In this document: one piece after another, positions 1 to 9,500 of the stretch
Position numbering within the stretch: position 1 is the first letter of the stretch
Layout of the letters: the number at the start of each line of letters is the position of its first letter
Source: Firmicutes bacterium CAG:341
GTDB taxonomy: Bacteria; Bacillota; Clostridia; Oscillospirales; Acutalibacteraceae
Reading direction: 5' to 3'
Length of the DNA: 64,000 bases
NCBI GenBank assembly: GCA_000434995.1
Contig: FR895304.1
Span: 29,582-93,581, forward strand
The notes under the pieces: model-generated
Database searches by the model: none
The model's input: only the letters and a program-made list of their open reading frames with translations
Told to the model about the DNA's origin: nothing
Made by a program: the position numbers and the translations under genes

Positions 1-262
1 AGACGAATTTCCTTTGTTTCAACCTGCTTTTGATTTTTGCGATTTTCCTTTTCACGCTTAGCCTGCTCATAACGGAACTTTGAATAGTCCATAATTTTGC
101 ATACAGGCGGCTTAGCCTGAGGAGCAATCTTTACTAAATCAAGGCCTTTTGTTTCAGCTATGTGGAGTGCATCACTTGCGCTCATAATACCAAGCTGTTC
201 ACCGTCGGCTGAAATAACGCGTAATTCCTTGTCTTTGATTTCATTATTGATTTGTTGAGTTT
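1..262 (-). CDS. infC: Translation initiation factor IF-3, N-terminal part; the 3' end lies outside the window. Probably starts with a non-AUG (AUC/AUU) codon.
   Basis: Reverse translation gives ...[89 protein letters not shown], which matches the IF-3 N-domain and linker. AAGAGGTG ribosome-binding site upstream. No ATG, consistent with the atypical IF-3 start. Confidence 0.8.
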
Positions 263-297
263 CCTTGCTGATAAAAAACACCTCTTATAAAAAATTA

Positions 298-326
298 AAG
301 TGTGAACGCAATATCCGTTCACACTT
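298..326 (-). terminator. Intrinsic terminator or attenuator hairpin in the infC 5' leader, L20-leader-like.
   Basis: Perfect 11-bp stem aagtgtgaacg/cgttcacactt with a 7-nt loop, followed on the minus strand by aattttttat, 36 nt upstream of the infC start. Confidence 0.45.
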
Positions 327-408
327 CAATAATCAATTAACAAATAAATTATTGCCCTTTTCGCTTAGCTGAAGGGGAGAACGACGCGTTCTTCTTTATT
401 GCGTAGAT

Positions 409-437
409 ATATTAACATAGCCACATCAATTTGTCAA
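409..437 (-). promoter_or_regulatory. Sigma-A-type promoter for the infC leader: TTGACA, 17 bp spacer, TAATAT.
   Basis: Minus-strand TTGACA at 432-437 and TAATAT at 409-414 with a 17-nt spacer. Downstream of the mltG stop and ~140 nt upstream of infC. Confidence 0.4.
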
Positions 438-465
438 TACAAAATTTAGATTTATTTTATAAATT

Positions 466-1521
466 TTATTGCCAAGGATATTTTTGCTTAAGTTTTTCAA
501 ATTCTTTGTAGTCCTTTGCAAAATGGAATTTATTTTCAAGGTCGGAAAAGAAGTAATAATAGCCTGTATCATTATGATTTACAACTGCATTTATATTTTC
601 AACACCCGGATTACAAATAGGCCCGCTCGGAAGCGCCGGGCATTTATAAGTATTATACGATTCAACAACACTTGTGCCAAATCCGTTTTCACGAAGCTTA
701 TTACCGTAAAATATAGTAACATCGCTTTGAAGCTGCTGGCCTATATTAAGGCGGTTAATAAATACAGATGCAATATTTTGAGCCACGCCGTCACCAAGCG
801 TTTCCTTTTCAACAACCGATGCAAGTGTTACAAGCTCGTAAAGAGTCATACCGTTTTTTTCGCAATAATCAGTCCATTCATCGCTGATTTTACCGTCGAA
901 TGTTTCAAGCATTGTTGCCACAACATCTTTTGCATTACTGTTTTCCGGCAAATCATATGTTGCAGGAAACAAAAAGCCTTCAAGCTGATAAGCAACATTT
1001 TCGCCCATATATGCTTCGTTTAAAAAATCATAATTATAATCATTTTTATTTTTGCAGGCATTTAAAAAATCCGACTTTTTACAAATATTGTTTTTTTCTA
1101 AAGTATCTGCAATATCAAAAACAGTATATCCCTCGGGAATGCAAACCGAAACGCTTTTATGTGAAATATCGGGATTTTGAAGTTTTTTTGCAATTTCCTC
1201 ATAACTCATTGATGAGGTCATATTATATTCACCGTTGATATAAGTGAATTTAGGATAATGCTTATCCATCCACCAATTCCAAACGGTATCATTTTTAATG
1301 ATTCCATTTGATTTTAATTTTTCGCCTATTTGATAAGCAAAATCATCTTTTTCAATAACAAGATTATATTCCGTTTTGGTATTTCTGTTACCGCTTACAT
1401 CTTTTTGAACATAGGTATAGCCAACATAAGCTGTGATACCCAAAAGAGCAAGAACAAGAATTACTATTACAGCAATGCCTGATTTACTTTTATTCTTCGA
1501 CATTGAAATCTCCTTTATCAA
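466..1521 (-). CDS. mltG: Endolytic murein transglycosylase MltG (YceG family).
   Basis: 351 aa. N-terminal transmembrane helix. YceG-like domain with the LEGFLFPATY motif. Confidence 0.75.
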   Translation of the reverse strand: MIKEISMSKNKSKSGIAVIVILVLALLGITAYVGYTYVQKDVSGNRNTKTEYNLVIEKDDFAYQIGEKLKSNGIIKNDTVWNWWMDKHYPKFTYINGEYNMTSSMSYEEIAKKLQNPDISHKSVSVCIPEGYTVFDIADTLEKNNICKKSDFLNACKNKNDYNYDFLNEAYMGENVAYQLEGFLFPATYDLPENSNAKDVVATMLETFDGKISDEWTDYCEKNGMTLYELVTLASVVEKETLGDGVAQNIASVFINRLNIGQQLQSDVTIFYGNKLRENGFGTSVVESYNTYKCPALPSGPICNPGVENINAVVNHNDTGYYYFFSDLENKFHFAKDYKEFEKLKQKYPWQ

Positions 1522-1945
1522 TACACATAGGTGTGTGAACTATTCCCCTATCAACAAGTTCTCTGCCACAAATGCGAAAACCGAGCTTTTCATAAAAATT
1601 AACAGCGTGATTTTGAGCGTCTACATAAATTCGTTCTGCCCCGGCTTCAATAGATTTGGCAACAACAGCGTTAACTACCGTTGCCCCGTAATGCTTGCCT
1701 CTATATTCTTTAAGCACTGCAATTCTGCCTATTTTAAGCCCGTTTGACTGCGGTATTTCCGTAATTCTGGCGGTTGCCACAGCACTCTTGCCATCATAAA
1801 GCAGGGCAAAAAGCGCTCTTTTATCAAGCTCGTCAAACTCTTCCTCGCCTTTTATATTTTGTTCACTCATAAAAACCTGCATACGAATACTTTTAACAAG
1901 CATAAAATCAGGGTCGGAATATAATAAAAACTTAACTTCAGCCAT
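1490..1945 (-). CDS. GNAT family N-acetyltransferase.
   Basis: 151 aa. Acetyl-CoA binding motif region RGKHYGATVVNAVV. Confidence 0.7.
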   Translation of the reverse strand: MAEVKFLLYSDPDFMLVKSIRMQVFMSEQNIKGEEEFDELDKRALFALLYDGKSAVATARITEIPQSNGLKIGRIAVLKEYRGKHYGATVVNAVVAKSIEAGAERIYVDAQNHAVNFYEKLGFRICGRELVDRGIVHTPMCIDKGDFNVEE

Positions 1946-3365
1946 TTATTTTGTGTACCTTAAGCATATTTGTTGTGCCGGACATACCGAGCGGTATACC
2001 TGCTGTGATTACTACTGTATCTCCATTTTTAGCCACACCGGCTTTAACTGTAACTTCAACTGCGTGGTCAAAAAGTTCATCAGTATTATTTTTAAGCTGA
2101 CAAAGTACCGGCTTAACACCCCAGCTAAGACTTAGCTGACGCCATACTTTTTGGTTAATTGTAGCACCAACAATAGATGTTTGCGGCCTAAACTTTGAAA
2201 TCATACGGGCGGTAGTGCCGCTTTTAGTTACAGTAATAATTGCCGACGCATTAAGGTCGTGTGCAGTAGTAACGGTAGCGTGGCTGATAGCAGATGTAAT
2301 ATCCTTACCGCCGCTTTCAGGATAAAAATTATCGAATTGCCGTTTGTAATCAATATCTCCCTCGGTAGTGAGTGCAATTGAAGTCATAGTTTGAACTGCT
2401 TCAATCGGGTGCTTGCCGACAGCGCTTTCACCCGAAAGCATAATTGCGCTTGTACCGTCATAAATAGCATTTGCAACATCGGTAATTTCCGCTCTTGTAG
2501 GGCGCGGATTATTTATCATAGATTCAAGCATTTGCGTTGCTGTTACAACAATTTTGCCTGCATCATACACTTTTCTTATAATCATTTTTTGAATAGCAGG
2601 AATACGCTGAAAATCAATTTCAACACCCATATCCCCTCTTGCTACCATTATTCCGTCAGACACAGCAATAATATCATCAATATTATCAACACCCTGTGTG
2701 TTTTCAATTTTAGAAATAATTTTAACATCTTTCCAGCCTATTGCTTCAACAAAATTACGAAGAATTGTAACATCGGTAGCACTGCGAACAAATGATGCCG
2801 CAATAAAATCAAAATCGTGCTTTGCACCGAATTTAAGGTCATTCATATCCCTTTCGGAAAGATAAGGCATATTAAGGTCAACACCAGGAACATTAACACC
2901 CTTATGGTTTGTTAAAAGTCCGCCGTCAATAACGGTGCAATGAATATCACTGCCTTTTACGCTGTCAACCTTCATTGAAATAAGGCCATCGTTAATAAGA
3001 ATGACTGTTCCTGCTTTAACATCACGAGGAAGTCCCTCATAATTAACATAACATTTCTTTTCATTGCCAAGGCACATTTTTGTAGTTAAAACAAATTTGT
3101 CACCCTCGTTAATTACTGCACCGTCAGGATTTTCAAAATCACCAAGTCGAACTTCAGGTCCTTTGGTATCGAGCAAAGTTGCAATCGGTGCATTGAGCTT
3201 TTCCCTTACTGCAATAACTTCTTTAAGTCTTTTTTCATGATCCTCATATGCACCGTGGCTAAAATTAAATCTTGCAACATCCATACCTGAAAGAACCATT
3301 TTTTCAAGTGTTTGAGGATTATCTGTTGCCGGCCCTAATGTACAAATGATTTTAGTTTTTTTCAT
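1938..3365 (-). CDS. pyk: Pyruvate kinase.
   Basis: MKKTKIICTLGPATD...FNFSHG...MVARGDLGVEI-like motifs. The start is taken at the internal MKKTKI; the ORF track's longer N-terminus is probably spurious. Confidence 0.9.
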   Translation of the reverse strand: MKKTKIICTLGPATDNPQTLEKMVLSGMDVARFNFSHGAYEDHEKRLKEVIAVREKLNAPIATLLDTKGPEVRLGDFENPDGAVINEGDKFVLTTKMCLGNEKKCYVNYEGLPRDVKAGTVILINDGLISMKVDSVKGSDIHCTVIDGGLLTNHKGVNVPGVDLNMPYLSERDMNDLKFGAKHDFDFIAASFVRSATDVTILRNFVEAIGWKDVKIISKIENTQGVDNIDDIIAVSDGIMVARGDMGVEIDFQRIPAIQKMIIRKVYDAGKIVVTATQMLESMINNPRPTRAEITDVANAIYDGTSAIMLSGESAVGKHPIEAVQTMTSIALTTEGDIDYKRQFDNFYPESGGKDITSAISHATVTTAHDLNASAIITVTKSGTTARMISKFRPQTSIVGATINQKVWRQLSLSWGVKPVLCQLKNNTDELFDHAVEVTVKAGVAKNGDTVVITAGIPLGMSGTTNMLKVHKING

Positions 3366-3540
3366 TGTAATATTATCTCCATAGCTTAAATACAAAATAC
3401 TTTGAAAAAGGCGCATCAAATTTCCGCAATATTTAGACAAAACCTTCCTCGATAGTATAATAACACAAAAATATAAAAATGCAATATAAAATGCAATATA
3501 TTTTTATTATTAACTGTTAAATATATAATAAAAAAATTAA

Positions 3541-3579
3541 AACAAAAAACAAGGCAATCGCCAAATGACAATTGCCTTG
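3541..3579 (-). terminator. Rho-independent terminator after the giant Tad-associated gene.
   Basis: 9-bp stem caaggcaat/attgccttg followed on the minus strand by TTTTTTGTT. Confidence 0.6.
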
Positions 3580-3594
3580 TAAAAATATTGATTT

Positions 3595-6500
3595 TTAATA
3601 GTTTTCACCCGGGATATTATCAAGAACATCGCGAGGGAAGAATACACTTGAACCGCCTGTTGCCATATCCGTATTTGAATCATCCAAATCGTAGTTAAAC
3701 ACTTTATCACTTGCGTTGTTATATTCATTTTCAGATATGATAAATATATTACCGCTTTGTGCAAGGTGAAGGTCTAAAGTCCGCCAATTTTGGAATCTGT
3801 GCAAATTGAAGTAATATGCATTATCTTCAATAGTATCAGCAATACCACAGCCCCAAATTTCCTGATACCAGCCGTCAAAATCAAGCTTACCGTTTGGCGC
3901 ATAGAACAATGCACCAAGCTTACCGTAACCGGCAAAATACTTGATATTACCTTGATATGAAGCGATAGAATTAGGAAGCTGTTTAGCATTATATTCTGCG
4001 TTATCTGCCTTTGAGTAGAAGTTGAACAAATTAACATCACCCTTATTTGCAACAAGGTAAGTTAAGCGCATATCTATTGTAGTATTTATGTTTATGTTAT
4101 TATCAGCATAAATAAGAACCGGGAAAGAAGTTTGACCGTCAGCTGATGATGTACCCCTGCTGTCAAAACCTGCAAGACTTGTATTACCCTTGATTGAATC
4201 AATATTCACATTAAGGCTGCTTGCCATACAGGTAAAGTCGTGGCCGAGATAAATAAGTGCGTCCTGCCTGAGTACACACTGGCCTTGAACAAGGCAATCA
4301 TAAGTACCCATAATTGAAGCGTTCTTATTAAGAGTTAATGAACCGAGTGTATAAATACTGCCCTGCTTCGGTTTGAATTCTTCTTTAAGGTTATAGCCGA
4401 ATTTCTTAAGCGCATCGAGTATATCACCCCAAAGTGAACCGTCAGAATCACTTACATACGGTTTATACTTATATGTTGCATTTTTAAAGGTTTCCGGCAT
4501 TACCCATAAATCTGCATTATGCCTTAATGTAAGATATTTAGGAGTAAATACATAGTTACCTACTGCAACTTGCGAATAACCGTATTCAAAGATTTGACCG
4601 CCGTATGATACAAGTGACTGACCGATAAAGAATGTACCACCCTTTGCATTATCGGATGAATCAGCTTGAAGCTCATTCTTAATATTAGCACCGTCATTTG
4701 TAAGCGGTGTATCATTATCATCTTTGCCTGCATCGGTACTTCCGTCAGTCTTTTCATTATCGCCCTTTGAATCCGAATATTCAGGTTCTTTACCTTCGGT
4801 TACACCTTTGGCAGTATTTTCAGTAACGGTATTACCGTTAATAGTTCTTGTATAATCACCGGATTTGCCGAGTTCAATATACGAAAGTGCTGTAACATTA
4901 CCGCCTACCGAAACAGTAGTGCAATCACGAATCTTAATCCACGAAGTTGAAGCCTGCAAGCTGCCGCCTACATGGAATTCACTGTATGAACCGCCTTCAA
5001 CAGAAGTAAGGGCTTTAAGCTTTTTGCCGACATAAATCTTTGCATCGTGGCGAAGAGTTAAATATTTGTTACTTATAAAATCGTCTTTAACTCGAAGGGT
5101 AGTTGAAGCATAAACCTTTGTATACTTTCCGCTTTCAAAGTTACCGCCTACATAGGTGTAACCTGCATTAGCGAATGTGTATTTTTTAAGGCTGTCACCC
5201 TTGGTGAAGAACTTACCGTTAACATCAGACGCTTGTGACCTATCCTCATCATCATCAAGAAGAGATTTACCGATTTCAACGAAATCATCACAAGTGAACT
5301 TACCGTTGATATAGTTCTTGGTCATATCACGAATCTTAGCTGTATCACGAACATACATATTTCCGTTTACAATAATCTTTGAGCAAATATTTTCATCAAG
5401 ACATTGGAAAATAAGGAATCTGTAATCGTTATTTTTAATAAGATTCTCCATTCTTATAGCATCAAGGTCTGATTTCTTGGAACTGTCAAAAATAGCGTTT
5501 TTAATAATACTGATAGTATCAGGATCATTAAGTGACTTTTGACCTGCAACTGCAAGAGTTACATTTTGCTTCATATAAACTCTTGAATAAGTGTAAAGCG
5601 AACCACCTACATAAACATTGGCATTTGAATAAATATCCAAGTCACGCGAATTATTTTCAGGTACTGTTGACAACGACTTAGTCCAAAGACTTTCACCCAG
5701 TGTATTATTAAGCATATTTCCGCCAACATAGAAATATGAACTTCTGTACTTATTAGGGTTTTTATCAAAATCATCGTGGTAAGAACGTTTATCATCACAG
5801 AATGAATAATAAGTAGCATCAACTGCATTATAAGTAAACATTTCAATATTTATCTTTGTAGCACGCTTTGATTGGTAATCCCCGCCTACCATAAAGATAC
5901 TGTTATTACCTGCCGCAATACCTGCACCACCGAAGCAATCACCACCGATAAAGGTATTAGAGTGGTTATATGCCCAAATAGCAGTTGCATAGTACGAATT
6001 ACCACGATTACAATAATCAAGCAAATCTCCGCCTATATAGGTAGTACCCATAGTGAAGTATGAGCCTGCATTACCGTCTTTTTCGTTTGAACCAAGCTTT
6101 AAGTTGCCGCCGATATATACAGTTGCCTTTTTAAACTCAGTGCCGTTAATGCTGTCAACACCATTCATAAATGACATTGACTTTTCGTTTCTCCATTTTG
6201 AAGTGTTTAATGAATCCTTATTCATTTCAACATTGCCTGAAACTGCAAATTTGCCGAGGTTAATTGTAACTATACCGTAAGTGTAATCACCGTCACAGTC
6301 AAAAACAGCATTTTCAGCGTTGTAAAAAGCATTTGAGTTAAGGTTAACTGCGCCGCCGAAGTGCGCTTTAGCATTCTTATAGTTAATAATTGCTGTATCA
6401 CTGTTTATAGCACCGCTTGGCATATCGCACCAACCTGTTATCTGCATACCTGCATTAGAATAAATTTCGCCGCAGTTTTTAACATAACCGTAAAATTTAA

Positions 6501-9500
6501 GTTCATTTGTACCGCCGATATAAAGATATGCATCAACAGTACCGACTGTTTTACCGTTTTTAAGTGAATAACCCTGATGCAGATCACCATCTTCTTTATC
6601 GGTAATATACTGGGATTTACTCCAATCAACATTAAGGTTACCCAAAATATACATCTTGCCATAGTTATAAACTGTGCAAGCCATATTAACATCGCCTTGA
6701 ATACCGAGTGAGCCTGACTTAACAAACAAAGCCTCACCATCATTAAGCGAAACATTGCCGCCTATGTTAGTTGTGCCGGAAAGAACACAAAGTCCTACGC
6801 CTCTGTTTTCCATACCGTCAACCTTGTTTGTACCCTTAATATCGAGTGAATAGCCAATATTGACCGTACCTCTTGTATGCAAAGCTCCCTTAAGTGTGAG
6901 TGTTTTTGAGGCGTCACCGGCAATAAATGTATCTGCATTATCACTTGTAAAAGCAATTTCAGGGTCATTAGTCGAGCCGCCGCTGTTAACTATGTTGAGG
7001 CCACCCATAAGATACATATTACCACCATTTGAAATTTTGGCAGAATGACTAGAGAATGCACTAACACTGCCCAATTGAACCTCATCTTTTATGCAAAGGT
7101 ATCCACCGGATTCAACTTTCAAAGAAGACAAAACAGTTAACGAACCATTATGTGTTATATTACCAAATTCTTTAATTGTTAAAGAATTCAATATCTTATC
7201 TCCGATATTGTCAGCAATGTATAATCCGTTAATTACAACATCCGTTTTCTTACCGGCTGTATCAGTTTGACTTATTGTATGTTTACCGTTTGAGAAGAAT
7301 TCACTTAAATTATCTGCACTTGAACTTTCAACATTTACGACATAAGTGGTCCAAACCGGTGCAAGTGACCAGAATTTAGAACCGCCATTTATATCGATGC
7401 TACTGCAATAATTTTGTGTTGAACCTCCTATTATAATATACGAATTATCATTTAATGTAATTGTCGAGCCATACAAGCCGTTTATGCTGATGTACTTTGC
7501 AACATAAAGCTTTGAAGAAGAATTTAAATTAACTGCATCGTTAGATGAAAGATAGCCCAAAACAATCAATCTATGTGAATTTGACAAGGAAATAGCACCT
7601 GACGACATAGTCAAATTGCCGCCGATGAGGGTTAATCCGCCGTTATTGCCGACAATATTATTATGGCTAACACTAAGCGAACCATAGAGATAAAGTGAAC
7701 CGTCATTAACAAATTGCTTTGAAAAAGTCAAATTTGATTTTGTGGCAGTTTGTTCAATCGAGCCGTCACCTAAATAAATACGAGACTCAGGCTGATTGTT
7801 TGTAAATTCATCTATATTAGATGAAAGAGCATTGATATAGCCGCCTGAATTACCATTCAAACCGAAAATGCTGACAATTGAGCCTTTTTCTCCATTATCA
7901 GAATAAAGTTTAAATCTTCTTTCAATACCGCTGTTAACAATACCAGTTACATATAATTCGCTAGTACCTTTAATTTGCACAGCTTCATTAAATTCAATTG
8001 AATCAGTTTGGGCAGCTTGTAAATCACCTGCACAATAAAGTTTACCTGATTGAAGCTTTAAAGGATATAATGTATTTACATTTTGAACAGAATATATTGT
8101 ACCGGAAATATCCAAACCGGTTTTACCGTTTTTATTTTTATTGCCTTTAAAAATACCGTTTGCGTTAATATTGCCTTTTGCAATTACTTCACTGCCACTA
8201 ACAACGTTAACATAGCAATTAAATGTAATATCGCCCCAACATTCAATGCGGCAAGCGATATTAAATTGACCGCTGTTATCACTTGTTTGAGTAAATACAA
8301 TATCTCTTGCCTGAATCAAACTGCTATTTACAGAAGTGGCTATCCTTTTTGCTGTAAGCTTTCCGTTAACTATAACTTTTGCTGAATCGTAAAGTGAAAT
8401 ATCACCTGTAATTTGTACTGCATTATTAGTATAGACAGCAGATTCATTTGTTAATTGAAGAACGCCATCAACATTAAATCCGGAATTTGCATGAAGCTGT
8501 GACGAATCATTCAAATATAAAGATTTGAATTTAGCCGCACCGTCAACTATGATTTTTGAAGCATTCGTTACAACAAAGTTTTCGGTTACTGTAAACTTAC
8601 CTCTTGTTTGAATGGTATTATTACCTTTCAAATCAGCAGCTTTTATTGTAATATCCGATGAACTTTTTACAGTTGAATTTTCACTTAATCTTAATGTTGA
8701 GTTTACAGTTATAGGGTAACACAAATCTATTGAGTTTGTACCGCCATTTGCGTTAAAATCACCGCAAACAATACCGCCACCCGCATAAAGATTATCTTGA
8801 TTAGCTGCGGTGATATTAACATTATTTAACTGCAAAGTTCCTTTTGCTTTTATAATTCTGTTTGATGCAAAATCATTATGAATCACAGCATTACCGCCGC
8901 AATAAATAACTTGGTTATCTGAGCCGGATGAAAAATCAGTTGAATTACAAGTGATATTTCCCGCAACATAAAGGTTTGAATTGCTGAGCATTGAAAGCTT
9001 TTTGCAATTGAAATTGCCCTGAACTTTAATTAAAGCATTCGAATTTATTGTTACAGCTTTGTTGTCGTCGTTTGGAAGACATGTAAAATTACCATGTGTA
9101 TTTATTTTTGCGCCCTCTCCAAGAACGACATTATCTTTACAAATAACATCGCCGTATGAATTCAGCGTTGCATCTTTGTTTAAAGTCATGCCGTCATCAG
9201 AAGTGGTGGTACCGCCGATATATACTAATGAATTTTCATCGACTGTTGCACTCTTGCAAGCAAAATTACCCTGAACATAAAGGCGCGCGCCGCTTTCCAT
9301 AACAAGAGCTTTGCAATATACATCACCAAAAACAAAAACAACACTGTTCTTTCTGATTTGAAGTTCACCGTCGGAAACATTGATATTGTCTTTAACAATA
9401 AGTGTTGCATTGCCACCTTTTTGGCCTACATCCATATTTTTTCCGTTGGTTACATTAAGTGAGCCGTAAACAACGGATGAAGCAGAACCTGTAATGCTAC

